Of a DNA stretch of 62,840 nucleotides, positions 47,571 to 57,968 are shown piece by piece. The position numbers were made by a program, and so were the translations under genes. The DNA is from Pseudomonadota bacterium (GTDB lineage Bacteria > Bdellovibrionota > Bdellovibrionia > Bdellovibrionales > SG-bin7). A model generated the notes under the pieces. It was not told the origin of the DNA and did no database searches. It saw nothing but the letters and a program-made list of their open reading frames with translations. Location: the NCBI GenBank assembly GCA_034439715.1, contig JAWXAY010000007.1:1-62840 (forward strand). The letters are read 5' to 3'. How positions within the stretch are numbered: position 1 is the first letter of the stretch; each line of letters starts with the position of its first letter.

Positions 47571-48416
47571 ATGGGATATATAGGTGGAATTTCTCTTATG
47601 GTCCTTAACTTCGCAACTGTTGCAAATGCTTACGACCTGAATGTTAAAGTTTCTGGACAGGGTCCTGCGATCGTTTTTCTTCACGGATTAATGGGGTCAC
47701 ATCGCTACTGGGAAAATATAATTTCGTCGATAGGCCCCAATCATATGTCGATCGCTCCTGATCTTCTTGGCTTTGGGAAATCTCCAAAACCCCAAACTGA
47801 TTACTCAGTTCAAGATCACTTACAGTCCATCGAAAAAACAATAAGTAAATACATTTCTAATGGGCAACAGATCTATTTGGTGGGCCACTCTATGGGAGCA
47901 ACTCTTGCGTTAAATTACGCTATTGAGCGCCCCACTTCAATACGAGGAATCGTTTTAATTAATCCCCCGGTCTTTAGCGATGAAAATGATTTAAAGGAGC
48001 ATCTGAAAAAATCTAGCGCTCCGCTATTAATGTCGCTGCTTGTGAACGGATGGATTGGCGAAGTAATTTGCAAAATTCACGAAATGTTTCCTAGTATATT
48101 AAAAGTTTTAGCCAAGCCATTTACGCGCAGCCTCCCCTCTGAAATTGGCGCAGACATGTTGAAACACACCTGGAAATCATACTCGGGTAGCATGAAAAAT
48201 GTTTTACTAAATCAGAATTTGTTGGAGCTCATTAAAAAAGTAGATGCCCCGATTCTCATTATTACTTCAGAAGACGACATGTATACCGATATTGTCCAAC
48301 TTAAGAAACTTTCACGACGAGGTAAGATTTCGCTTGAAATTATGTCGGGGGACCATCACATGGTTATCCGAAATCCCCAACAGGTATCGTTAGTGATAAA
48401 GAATTTCATAAACTAA
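47571..48416 (+). CDS. Alpha/beta hydrolase
   Basis: FLHG, PDLLGFGKS, GHSMG, GDHH. Confidence 0.85.
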   Translation: MGYIGGISLMVLNFATVANAYDLNVKVSGQGPAIVFLHGLMGSHRYWENIISSIGPNHMSIAPDLLGFGKSPKPQTDYSVQDHLQSIEKTISKYISNGQQIYLVGHSMGATLALNYAIERPTSIRGIVLINPPVFSDENDLKEHLKKSSAPLLMSLLVNGWIGEVICKIHEMFPSILKVLAKPFTRSLPSEIGADMLKHTWKSYSGSMKNVLLNQNLLELIKKVDAPILIITSEDDMYTDIVQLKKLSRRGKISLEIMSGDHHMVIRNPQQVSLVIKNFIN

Positions 48417-48546
48417 ACACACAGGTCAGAGCCAGCAGATACTAACTCAGATCTATTTTATCACTGGGCAAAAGCGCCCAGAGAAAATTGTACATAATCT
48501 CCGATAATATCAAGTCCTTAGTTAGTTTGACCGTTAAGTCTTAACT

Positions 48547-48987
48547 ATGAATGTAAATGACGTAAATATTCAATGCCCCTCTTTGGTTGCTTTAGTGGTA
48601 GACGATTTGCCAAGCATAAGATGGATCATTTCGCGCCGGCTTAAGGAAATGGGCTTTTGCAATGTCATTGAAGCACGCGATGGTGATAATGCAATTGAGA
48701 TACTTAGTGTTGCCGCTGAAAAGGGATTATTTGTAGGCCTAATAGTTTCGGATTTACATATGCCCAATATCGACGGCATTGAATTTTTGAGACTTATTAA
48801 ATCATTTCCTGAATTTCAAAATATCCCATTTGTACTAATGGGAAATTCCTCTCCCAAGTGGGTCTCAAATGGTCCCAGAGAATTAAATGAGATTTCGTTT
48901 GTATTAAAACCAATAAACACGGAATCCTTTAGAGACAAAGTCAATGAGGCCCTGCAAAAGTCGCCCACTGGTTCGCCCTCAGTATGA
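48547..48987 (+). CDS. Single-domain (CheY-like) response regulator
   Basis: VVDD, SDLHMPNIDG, LKP. Confidence 0.8.
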   Translation: MNVNDVNIQCPSLVALVVDDLPSIRWIISRRLKEMGFCNVIEARDGDNAIEILSVAAEKGLFVGLIVSDLHMPNIDGIEFLRLIKSFPEFQNIPFVLMGNSSPKWVSNGPRELNEISFVLKPINTESFRDKVNEALQKSPTGSPSV

Positions 48988-50055
48988 CGGGTAAAAAACC
49001 ACATTTTCCTCTTCAACCCAAGCGTTGGAGTTGTTCTCCCTAAAAACTAACTTAGAGTACTGCCTGAGGCAGTTATTCGGCAAAAATACCGTTTGAAACT
49101 GCAACTTCTGACGGATCCCGTTGTTTTCTACATAAAGGTCATTCTCAGAGCCGGGTCCAAAACCTGGTATACAGTCAGAGCTAAAAGGACTTAACCAGCA
49201 TTTCCTCCATCCAATGGTCTGAAGATAAATACTATAGGATGGCTGTTCGATCGAAAAAAACACACTACCTGTATTAGGTACAAGGACATAATCACCGCTC
49301 GCTAATAAGAATGCGTGACTAGAAATATCATTTTGAGCTGATAACACCCATTCGTTGCAACCGCTTATCATTGTGCAATGACGTGTTCGACTAGATAGAC
49401 GGTATTCTCCGGCTAATCGCAAGGACGACTGTGGTGGGTTTATTAGCGGCGAGTAGGCTTTGGTGTTCTTAACTTCAGATCTCTTGGAAAAAGAAAAAGG
49501 AGGAGAAGGAGAAGGAGAAGGAGAAGGAGAAGGACAGCTATCTGGGCTAAAGGGATCTATGACAGGACAATAGGTAGATGGGAGATTAGCTAACATAACT
49601 GCCTCGGATACACGGTCTGGGAAGCCGGCACTATCATCGTACCCTAAGTGATGAATAGTTTCGTGGAGAATCAACGCTGCAGCACTGTCGGTGTTGTAAA
49701 TACGTCCAATTCTACAGTCCTGAATAGAAAATTCGATAGTGGCATTGGGGATGGGGAGAGTCCATGCGCATTTGACTCGTGGAGACTTTTCAACCCACAC
49801 ATAGGTAGTCTGGTGAAGATCATCAAGTAGCTTTGCCTTGTTATTTATAACCCACTCTTTAATCGTCGGCGACGTACCTACTTGAAATGAACATCGATTG
49901 ATCCCTCTAATAAGGTTAATGGCTCGAGCCCTAGCAGTCACAAAAATTTGGGTTAATCCGTCGCCGCCATTTCCTACGCCATCTCCACCAAGGTCATTAG
50001 CTATGGCAAACAAACTTACAAAAATAAAAAATAAACAAGTAAAAATCGGTCTCAT
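48979..50055 (-). CDS. Secreted protein with HExxH motif and (SP)n linker
   Basis: GGDGVGNGGD, LILHETIHHLG, PSPSPSPSPSP. Confidence 0.7.
   Translation of the reverse strand: MRPIFTCLFFIFVSLFAIANDLGGDGVGNGGDGLTQIFVTARARAINLIRGINRCSFQVGTSPTIKEWVINNKAKLLDDLHQTTYVWVEKSPRVKCAWTLPIPNATIEFSIQDCRIGRIYNTDSAAALILHETIHHLGYDDSAGFPDRVSEAVMLANLPSTYCPVIDPFSPDSCPSPSPSPSPSPPFSFSKRSEVKNTKAYSPLINPPQSSLRLAGEYRLSSRTRHCTMISGCNEWVLSAQNDISSHAFLLASGDYVLVPNTGSVFFSIEQPSYSIYLQTIGWRKCWLSPFSSDCIPGFGPGSENDLYVENNGIRQKLQFQTVFLPNNCLRQYSKLVFRENNSNAWVEEENVVFYPSY
49502..49534. repeat. (GGAGAA)5.5 microsatellite encoding a Ser-Pro linker
   Basis: Direct read. Confidence 0.9.
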
Positions 50056-50936
50056 GCATTATCCCATCTTGTTAAAGGAAAAAGTTGCATTTGGAATTGA
50101 TAAACGCTGTTACACTCCTGATTAGGGGTCTCCGATAAAAGGCGGTCAAAGTCAGCCTTAAATTTTCTTAGTAATTTCTTGGCGTCTCCCACTCGGGAGA
50201 TTTTAATCGGAAATGTTAAAGACGTGAATTCGCGCAGATTGAGATCGACCTCAGCCAGTGCCAGTTTCGCGTTTTCAAGCATTTCAGTGTGGTGCATCTG
50301 TAAATGCAGATTTGGTTGATCGTCGGTTGTATGAATGGATTGTGGCGTTGCAGAAGCTGTTCCATCGTCATTTATTTTTAATAGGCCTAATTGAATTAAG
50401 TTTTTGAGCATATCTGAAATTTCCCTCTGTCCAACGGGAAATTGCAGTTTTCCGGAAATCCATTTTGGATTTACTTTGAAGCCTGGAATTTTGCTCAGCT
50501 GACGAATAGCTAAACCATACCAATGCGAAATGAGCGCGAATTCCCCTGAAGGAATTGCTTGCCTTGATGTCTGTGGCTCGGATTTACCTAGACTCTCTAA
50601 AATGCTTAAGCGCATTGACGACTCTTCTTTAATCTTTTCTAACTGAATCATGCTTCGGAAATACCTGGCATCTCCACTATCAAACTTAAAGTAGGAAATC
50701 ATTCGCTCAATGAGTTTTGGTCCCGGGTGTCTATGACCCTTTACAATCTTGGTTATCGTCGAAGTGTCCTTGGTGTTTAATTTTCTAGACCATGCCCCGT
50801 AACTAAAACGCGGATTTTTACTTTGAGCCTCAAAAAAGTAGGCACTTAAGTACGAACGATAGTCAGTATACTGAGTGACCTGTACATCAGCATTTCCGCC
50901 CGAGTCAAAATCATCTGTATTTTGGATTTCCTTCAC
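50052..50936 (-). CDS. TIGR02147/DUF4423-like protein
   Basis: YTDYRSYL, PRFSY, WY..AIR.L, REFTSLT, VYQFQMQLFPLT. Confidence 0.75.
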   Translation of the reverse strand: MKEIQNTDDFDSGGNADVQVTQYTDYRSYLSAYFFEAQSKNPRFSYGAWSRKLNTKDTSTITKIVKGHRHPGPKLIERMISYFKFDSGDARYFRSMIQLEKIKEESSMRLSILESLGKSEPQTSRQAIPSGEFALISHWYGLAIRQLSKIPGFKVNPKWISGKLQFPVGQREISDMLKNLIQLGLLKINDDGTASATPQSIHTTDDQPNLHLQMHHTEMLENAKLALAEVDLNLREFTSLTFPIKISRVGDAKKLLRKFKADFDRLLSETPNQECNSVYQFQMQLFPLTRWDNA

Positions 50937-51045
50937 CAGCGCGCACTATCGCAAATCATCAAGAGAATTCAATATGTTTGTCTAAATTTGAAAAAAATAT
51001 TGGGTAGATTCAGACTGTAAAAGGTACACCCGTCGCTGAAATCAT

Positions 51046-51576
51046 TTATCTGGTCTGTAAACGCCAGCGAAATATTATTTCGCTGGTAGACACTCCACCA
51101 ATTAAGGCGCCAATGAGCCAGAGAAGCGCAATACCAGCTGCGATCTCAGCGCCAAATAGCCAAAATCCCAATAGAGAAAGAAAACCGAGCCCCAAAGATT
51201 GAATAAGAGCACTCTTCCTTAATACGCGTAGTTCTTCAGGACGCATTAAAAATCCAGAAACAAAGAAACTCATTCCAACGAAAAGTACTCCGCAGAAAAC
51301 CATACATGTTGAATGTCCAAACTTCATAAAGTACTCAACTAACGAAAAACCTGAATTAAATGGATTCATACCGAACTGACTACAGACCGCAAGAGAGAGC
51401 GTGCCTGTAACAAGATGAACGGTAAGGATTTTAATAAATATAATATACCATGCCGGACTGAGAGCTTTATGCACATACTGTAAAATACTCTCTGACACAG
51501 CCGGAGGCACCGGCACGCCTTCTGCATTTACAAACTCCTGAAAGTCTTTCAACCATTCTTGTTCTTTAGAATTCAC
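51046..51576 (-). CDS. Membrane protein, putative anti-sigma factor
   Basis: Overlaps the ECF sigma stop; 4 TM helices with H, C (VCSQFG, HSTCMVFCG). Confidence 0.6.
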   Translation of the reverse strand: MNSKEQEWLKDFQEFVNAEGVPVPPAVSESILQYVHKALSPAWYIIFIKILTVHLVTGTLSLAVCSQFGMNPFNSGFSLVEYFMKFGHSTCMVFCGVLFVGMSFFVSGFLMRPEELRVLRKSALIQSLGLGFLSLLGFWLFGAEIAAGIALLWLIGALIGGVSTSEIIFRWRLQTR

Positions 51577-52126
51577 TACTTTCCTCCTTGTTACGAAAGA
51601 GGTTTCTTAAAGCCTTAACACCTCGGCTGGCCAATTGCCGGGCATTCTCAGGAGACGTTTTTAGTTTGGTCGCAATATCTTCAAAGGACCACTCTTCCAA
51701 ATAACGAAGAACGACGGCAGACTTTTGCATTTCAGGCAGGGAACTTGTGGCTGCAACAAGCGTAATACTTGGACCTTCAATAGCAATCGGTGCACTTATG
51801 TTTTCAAAGTCTTCGCGGCTCAGAAATCGTTTATTTTCAAGTGAGGTTTTTCTAGCCGAATCGAGCAGCGTGTTTTTAGCAATCGTAAAAAGCCATGGCA
51901 AAAAAGGATATTGCGAATTGTATTGATCACGGGAGCGATGAAGTTTAAAAAAGGTATCTTGTAAAAGATCTGAGGTAGAAAGTAAGGGGGCTTTCTTTTG
52001 CAAATAACCAAAAACCCTCTGCGAATGCCGAGAATAAAGGGTGTCAAAAGCGTTATTATCCCCCTTACAATAGAGAGTCATAAGCACCTCGTCTGTGAGT
52101 TCCTTTTCGAGTTTTTTTATCGGCAT
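51566..52126 (-). CDS. ECF sigma factor
   Basis: AFDTLYSRH, DLLQDTF, WLFTIAKN, LRYLEEWSFEDIA. Confidence 0.88.
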   Translation of the reverse strand: MPIKKLEKELTDEVLMTLYCKGDNNAFDTLYSRHSQRVFGYLQKKAPLLSTSDLLQDTFFKLHRSRDQYNSQYPFLPWLFTIAKNTLLDSARKTSLENKRFLSREDFENISAPIAIEGPSITLVAATSSLPEMQKSAVVLRYLEEWSFEDIATKLKTSPENARQLASRGVKALRNLFRNKEESSEF

Positions 52127-52138
52127 TCATACCCTTAT

Positions 52139-52227
52139 ATACGAATATTATTCTGAAATTGTGACATTTAACGAAAATTAAGTCAAAATCTCAATGACCT
52201 GTCACAAACGGCCCGGAGGTATCGTAT
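52139..52227. promoter_or_regulatory. Two divergent ECF promoters TGTCACA-N16-CGTAT
   Basis: Minus strand 52166-52139 and plus strand 52200-52227; identical elements and spacing. Confidence 0.75.
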
Positions 52228-52234
52228 CACTAGT

Positions 52235-53428
52235 ATGAAGCCAACTACTCACTTGCTGCTTTTGGTTTATCTTTTATCGCTTACCCACCCGGCTCAATCC
52301 CAAGAGCGCCTGACTCTCAGCGAATTTTTAGCTAAGGTACGAGCGCAGAATCTCCACTACAAGATAGAAACTGCCAAATCTCAAGCAGCTCAGTCGCGAT
52401 CGACTGGCCTAGCTATTCCTGCTCCCATGGTAGGCATCATTCAAATGAGCGACCAGTCCGGCAATAGCGGGCAAGGGTTTGAAGTCAATCAATCGCTTCC
52501 ATTTCCTGTAAAATTAGCGGCAGAGTCTTCAGCGAGAAAGTATGCGGCACTTTCTCAAAATGAGTCACGCCTGGCTCAAATAAATGAGATTTTATCACAG
52601 GCAAAAACGCTTTATTTTTCACTTTGGCAGGACCAAGAAAAATTGGCGCTGCTTTCAGAAAAACAGAATATCATAAAAAACCATATTAAGCTTTCCCGCT
52701 CATCGGCACGCTCTGACAGTTTTGCCGGCGTACATTTGTTAAAGGCGGAATACGATTTTGATTTTTTAGAAAGTGAGACTCTCGCTGCAGTTCAGAAAAT
52801 AAGAGAAGACCAGATTGAGCTGGCTCTATTTGTAAATGCAGATCCCACTCAATTTAAAATAACTGCTCTAGAGCCGCCGCTCTCGGCTATACCTAAGCTT
52901 GAATCAATAGGTAACAGCCACCAAATTCAAATGATAAAATACAGTTTGGAGAGTTATCGGGCTAAAGAGCGCGAGGCTAAATCCACTTGGTTCCCCGATT
53001 TAAATTTACGTTATAAAGAAATGGCTGAGACGAACATGGCGCCTCGCTCCAACGAAGTCATGGTCAGCATAACTTTACCTTTTGTATTCTTTTGGCAGCC
53101 CTATTCAACCTCTCAAGCTGCAGCCTCCGAACGAATGCAGGCAGAATTAGAGTATGAAGAACATAGACGAATTTTTGACGCGAAAAAATTAATACTAATT
53201 AGCAAAGTTGAGTCACTGAAGAAACAACTTGATACTTTAAAGCAAAAATTAATTCCCAAGGCCGAAAAACGCATGAAGCTGGCACACAACCTCGCCCCTA
53301 GAGATTTGGAGACTCTGCAAGATCATCGCGAGGCCATGGAGGCATTCCCGAACTTAAAATTAAAGGCGCTTGAACTGCGTTTAGAGTATGAGCAAGCAGT
53401 TTCAAATTTAGAAAAGTATTTACCCTAG
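52235..53428 (+). CDS. TolC family outer membrane factor
   Basis: QSLPFP.KL, WFPDL, ITLPF. Confidence 0.8.
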   Translation: MKPTTHLLLLVYLLSLTHPAQSQERLTLSEFLAKVRAQNLHYKIETAKSQAAQSRSTGLAIPAPMVGIIQMSDQSGNSGQGFEVNQSLPFPVKLAAESSARKYAALSQNESRLAQINEILSQAKTLYFSLWQDQEKLALLSEKQNIIKNHIKLSRSSARSDSFAGVHLLKAEYDFDFLESETLAAVQKIREDQIELALFVNADPTQFKITALEPPLSAIPKLESIGNSHQIQMIKYSLESYRAKEREAKSTWFPDLNLRYKEMAETNMAPRSNEVMVSITLPFVFFWQPYSTSQAAASERMQAELEYEEHRRIFDAKKLILISKVESLKKQLDTLKQKLIPKAEKRMKLAHNLAPRDLETLQDHREAMEAFPNLKLKALELRLEYEQAVSNLEKYLP

Positions 53429-53443
53429 CGAAGAGGCTATTTT

Positions 53444-54274
53444 ATGATTAAAAAATGGATTCTAATTATCCTAATATTGGGAGTGGTGGGACTCGTAACA
53501 ATACAAACTGTCAATAAAAAGACAAAATCAAAAAAGAAAACTTCTGTAGCGAATGTTGAACAAAAAATTTATTGGACCTGTCCGATGCATCCTCAAATTC
53601 ATTCAGATACTCCTGGTGAGTGCCCCATTTGTCATATGAAACTTGTCAAAGTTAAGGAGCCAGCGCCAGAGCAGAATGTTAAAGCGGGAGAAAAAAGAAG
53701 CGCAGTGCAAGCTGTAACATCACAACTAGAACTAATAGGTATCCAAAAACAAGAGGTCGAAAAAATGGCTCTTGTATCTACAATCCCCGTATCGGGTCGA
53801 GTGCTGTCACCTACTTCAATGGCGTTTCAAGCCTATGAAAGTGACGTAAGGTACCTTCGGCCCGGCCTCACCTTTAAAGGAGCGAGCAGTATTTATCCTG
53901 AAGAGGAGTTTAGTGGAAAAATTATTTCGGTAGACTCGATTGTCGATCCCAGCAGCCGCACAATTCGCGTGATCGGGTCTATTACGCAAGGGGCACCACA
54001 CTTGATTCCGGAGACCAGTTTTCGCGGAGAAGTTGAGATTAAACTTACCAATAGAATTGCTATTTCAGAAAGTTCGGTTTTACATACGGGCCAGGGTGAC
54101 CTTGTCTATGTGGTAACTGAGTTAAATAAGCTTGAGCCGCGATACATAAAAGTAGGCTTAAAAACTAATAGCTTTTATGAAGTTCTATCGGGGTTAAATG
54201 TTGGCGAGTTCATTAGTTCTGGTCCTAATTTTTTAATTGATTCCGAAGCCAAAATTCGAGGAGCCCATGATTAA
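53444..54274 (+). CDS. cusB: CusB-like adaptor with heavy-metal-binding domain (short)
   Basis: WTCPMHPQI..PGECPICHMKL; VDPSSRT; FLIDSEA. Confidence 0.8.
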   Translation: MIKKWILIILILGVVGLVTIQTVNKKTKSKKKTSVANVEQKIYWTCPMHPQIHSDTPGECPICHMKLVKVKEPAPEQNVKAGEKRSAVQAVTSQLELIGIQKQEVEKMALVSTIPVSGRVLSPTSMAFQAYESDVRYLRPGLTFKGASSIYPEEEFSGKIISVDSIVDPSSRTIRVIGSITQGAPHLIPETSFRGEVEIKLTNRIAISESSVLHTGQGDLVYVVTELNKLEPRYIKVGLKTNSFYEVLSGLNVGEFISSGPNFLIDSEAKIRGAHD

Positions 54275-57200
54275 GAGAATCATTGAATTCTCGGCTCACA
54301 ATCGCTTTTTTGTGTTAATAGGAACACTTGTACTAGTCATACTCGGTATTTTTTCCCTTCAAAAAATACCGCTCGATGCGATTCCAGACCTTTCTGATAC
54401 ACAAGTGATTATATATTCTCGATGGGATCGATCTCCTGATATTTTGGAAAACCAAGTGACCTACCCCATTGTTTCAGCGATGTTGGGTGCACCCAAAGTA
54501 AAATCTGTTCGCGGATTTTCTGATTATGGATTTTCTTATGTTTATATTATTTTTGAAGATGGAACTGATTTATATTGGGCCCGAAGCCGGGTCTTAGAAA
54601 GTCTTAATCGAATTGTTTCGCAACTTCCCACAGGTGTTAAAACAGAAATAGGTCCTGACGCCACAAGTGTGGGCTGGGTCTATCAATACGCTCTTAAAGA
54701 TGAGTCAGGTCGTTTCAATTCGGCCGATTTAAGATCTATGCAAGATTGGTTACTACGGTTTCAACTTCAATCAGTACCCGGCGTGGCCGAAGTGGCTGCT
54801 GTCGGTGGATTTGTAAAACAGTATCAAGTCAAAGTGGATCCGACTAAATTGCAGCTCTTTCAAGTGACAATGGAGCAGGTGATGGCGGCTGTGAGAAATT
54901 CAAATCAAGAAAGCGGTGGCCGCACGATTGAATTCTCAGGCGCTGAAGCCATGGTACGAAGTCGGGCTCTTGTTGAAAAGGTAACAGATATCGAAGAAGC
55001 TGTGGTCGATTATAATTCGAGAAGCCGCGCCCCGGTTTTAGTGAAACAAGTCGCAACTGTTTCGGTGGGCCCTGAGATGCGCCGTGGAATTACCGATTTT
55101 AATGGTTTTGGCGACACCGTTGGCGGAATTATTGTGATGAGGCAGGGGGAAGACGCGCCTCAAGTCATCAATCGCGTAAAAAATCGTTTAAAAGAAATTC
55201 AAAAAACGCTTCCTGAAGGGGTAAAAATAATCTCTGTCTACGATCGCTCAGATTTAATTAAGCGCGCTATTAATACACTGAAAACCACTCTCATAGAAGA
55301 GCTTATTATCGTCAGCCTTATAATTTTGCTTTTTCTCTGGCATATTCCGTCTGCGGTGGTTCCTATTATCACAATCCCAATTGCGGTACTTCTTTCTTTT
55401 ATTCCACTTTACTTAATTGGGCAAAGTTCTAATATTATGTCATTGGCCGGTATTGCGATTTCTATTGGAGTCCTCGTTGACGGTGCCATTGTAGAGGTAG
55501 AAAACGCTTACCGCAAAATTCAACAGTGGAATGAGAGCGGTCGGCGTGAAGATTTTTTTAAGGTGCGGTTAGAAGCTCTCCAAGAAGTTGGGCCGTCTGT
55601 TTTCTTTTCTCTTCTTGTCATTGCAGTCGCATTTATTCCTATATTTACTCTTGTAGACCAAGAAGGGCGATTGTTTAGGCCTTTAGCGCTTTCTAAAACA
55701 TTTGCCATGGCCATTGCGGCACTTCTTGCCATTACCCTTGATCCTGCTGTGCGGATGATGTTTGCGAGGCCGGATCCTTTCAAGACTCCCAACAAATGGC
55801 TTAATAAACTGGGCAATGCGTTTTTTGTGGGAACTTATTATTCCGAACACAAGCATCCCATCAGTAGAAGACTTTTTGCAATTTATGAGCCAGTGATTCA
55901 ATGGGTTTTGAAATACAAAAAAACCACTTTGAGCATTGCTTTAATGGGCATGGCTACAGTTATTCCGGGCTTTATGATGTTAGGCTCCGAATTTATGCCA
56001 ACTCTTCATGAAGGCAGCCTCTTGTATATGCCCACAGCACTGCCTGGAATCTCGGTTTCTGAAGTGCAAAAAATATTAACTATCCAAGATAGGATTTTAA
56101 AAACTTTTCCTGAAGTAGATACTGTTTTTGGCAAAGCGGGGCGAGCGGAAACTTCAACTGATACGGCCCCGCTCAGTATGGTTGAGACTACGATCACCCT
56201 AAAACCAAAGTCGAAATGGCGGAAAAACGAACGCTGGCACTCGGCCTTTCCAAATTTTCTAAAGGCCCCTTTAAGCCGCGTTTGGCCCGAAACAATTAGT
56301 GAAGAAGAACTCATTGAAGAATTAAATGATAAGTTAAACTTTTTAGGAATGCCCAACATCTGGACCATGCCCATAAAAAACCGCATTGACATGCTTTCAA
56401 CAGGCATCAGAAGTCCTATCGGCGTTAAAATTTTTGGTCCTGACCTTAAAACTATCCAGTCGATAGGTCAGAATATTGAAAAGGAACTCCAAACACTAGA
56501 TGGAACTCGTACAGTGATCGCCGAGCGCATTGCTAGCGGCTATTTTTTAGATATAGATTTTGACCGCGAAAAACTTAAGTCCTATGGCCTCTCTTTGAAA
56601 GACGCCCAAGATCAGGCTATGGTGGCGATAGGTGGAGAAAACGTTTCGCAAATTATTGCGACACGGGAACGCTATCCCATTCAAGTTAGGCAAGCACCAG
56701 CCTTTCGACAAGATATTGAAAGTATCAAACGCGTACTTATTACGGGGCCGATAGGAGCTCAGATACCGTTAAGTTCTATAGCAAAAGTGCACTTTAAAGA
56801 TGGACCCAGCATGATTCGAGATGAAAACGCTTCGCTCGTTGGCTACGTGTATATTGATATTGATTCCAATAAAACCGACATCGGAACTTACGTTGAAAAA
56901 GCGAAGACTCTTTTAAATCAAAAAATAGTCATTCCCGAAGGATATCTTATTTCTTGGAGTGGACAATTTGAAAATATGGCGAGAGTAAAGGAGCGCTTAA
57001 AAATTGTTATACCTCTGACGCTTTTGTTAATTGTCTTTCTTTTATATTTTAATACGAAGTCAGTGGTAAAGACGGCCATTGTACTATTAGCAGTCCCCTT
57101 TTCTTTAATCGGCGCAGTTTGGTTACTGGTCTTTCTCGGTTACAACCTTTCAATTGCTGCGTGGGTGGGGATGATTGCACTTTTGGGTCTTGACGCTGAA

Positions 57201-57527
57201 ACCGGGGTATTCATGCTTATGTATCTTGATTTTGCATATGATGACCGAGTAAAAAAGGGACAAATGAATTCTCTGTCAGATTTGAAAAGCTCGGTCATTG
57301 AAGGAGCCGTTCACCGAGTGCGGCCCAAACTTATGACTGTAGCCGCACTTTTTATGGGTTTAATTCCAATCATGTGGTCAGTTGGCGCTGGCGCCGATGT
57401 CATGAAGCGTATTGCCGCTCCCATGATTGGAGGTTTAATAACATCTTTCATTCTAGAGCTATTAATCTATCCCGTTGTTTTTTATATGTGGAAATCAAAA
57501 GCGTTTAAAAAAGAGACCCTTGCCTAG
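54267..57527 (+). CDS. cusA: CusA family Cu/Ag RND permease
   Basis: LDAIPDLSDTQV, GPDATSVGWVY, MPIKNRIDML, RPKLMT, MKRIAAPM. Confidence 0.92.
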   Translation: MIKRIIEFSAHNRFFVLIGTLVLVILGIFSLQKIPLDAIPDLSDTQVIIYSRWDRSPDILENQVTYPIVSAMLGAPKVKSVRGFSDYGFSYVYIIFEDGTDLYWARSRVLESLNRIVSQLPTGVKTEIGPDATSVGWVYQYALKDESGRFNSADLRSMQDWLLRFQLQSVPGVAEVAAVGGFVKQYQVKVDPTKLQLFQVTMEQVMAAVRNSNQESGGRTIEFSGAEAMVRSRALVEKVTDIEEAVVDYNSRSRAPVLVKQVATVSVGPEMRRGITDFNGFGDTVGGIIVMRQGEDAPQVINRVKNRLKEIQKTLPEGVKIISVYDRSDLIKRAINTLKTTLIEELIIVSLIILLFLWHIPSAVVPIITIPIAVLLSFIPLYLIGQSSNIMSLAGIAISIGVLVDGAIVEVENAYRKIQQWNESGRREDFFKVRLEALQEVGPSVFFSLLVIAVAFIPIFTLVDQEGRLFRPLALSKTFAMAIAALLAITLDPAVRMMFARPDPFKTPNKWLNKLGNAFFVGTYYSEHKHPISRRLFAIYEPVIQWVLKYKKTTLSIALMGMATVIPGFMMLGSEFMPTLHEGSLLYMPTALPGISVSEVQKILTIQDRILKTFPEVDTVFGKAGRAETSTDTAPLSMVETTITLKPKSKWRKNERWHSAFPNFLKAPLSRVWPETISEEELIEELNDKLNFLGMPNIWTMPIKNRIDMLSTGIRSPIGVKIFGPDLKTIQSIGQNIEKELQTLDGTRTVIAERIASGYFLDIDFDREKLKSYGLSLKDAQDQAMVAIGGENVSQIIATRERYPIQVRQAPAFRQDIESIKRVLITGPIGAQIPLSSIAKVHFKDGPSMIRDENASLVGYVYIDIDSNKTDIGTYVEKAKTLLNQKIVIPEGYLISWSGQFENMARVKERLKIVIPLTLLLIVFLLYFNTKSVVKTAIVLLAVPFSLIGAVWLLVFLGYNLSIAAWVGMIALLGLDAETGVFMLMYLDFAYDDRVKKGQMNSLSDLKSSVIEGAVHRVRPKLMTVAALFMGLIPIMWSVGAGADVMKRIAAPMIGGLITSFILELLIYPVVFYMWKSKAFKKETLA

Positions 57528-57555
57528 AACAAGATTTAGTGAGAGTATACCTGCT

Positions 57556-57957
57556 ATGAAAACACATCTACTTATTTTATCGTTATTTTTCTCCTTATTA
57601 ACTTTTGGCGCCCAGGCACTTGATTCGCATCCCCACGAAGTTCTTTTGGATTGTACGGTAAGCATGCAGAGAATGGGGTTTAACAAGCTCTCCGCAGATA
57701 GAGCGTGCTCAATTAGCGCTGGCCCGGAATGCACTCTTTTACAAAGTTTTGTAATCCAACGCTCGTATCCCAATTGCGTTGGAGATCTTATTTATTTAGA
57801 AGTCGAACCTATCGAGCAGGCTCTGCAATTTTGTATTTTAGCAGCTCGTCGAAAAACTCAGTGCGTACCACAGCATTATATATTAGATCGTGAAAAGTAT
57901 GTGGCTTGTGTCTCTGATGGAAATCCATTAATGCTTTGCTTAGATAAAGTCCTTTAA
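57556..57957 (+). CDS. Cys-rich secreted hypothetical protein
   Basis: Signal peptide AQA; eight Cys. Confidence 0.6.
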   Translation: MKTHLLILSLFFSLLTFGAQALDSHPHEVLLDCTVSMQRMGFNKLSADRACSISAGPECTLLQSFVIQRSYPNCVGDLIYLEVEPIEQALQFCILAARRKTQCVPQHYILDREKYVACVSDGNPLMLCLDKVL

Positions 57958-57968
57958 AAAGGACTAGC

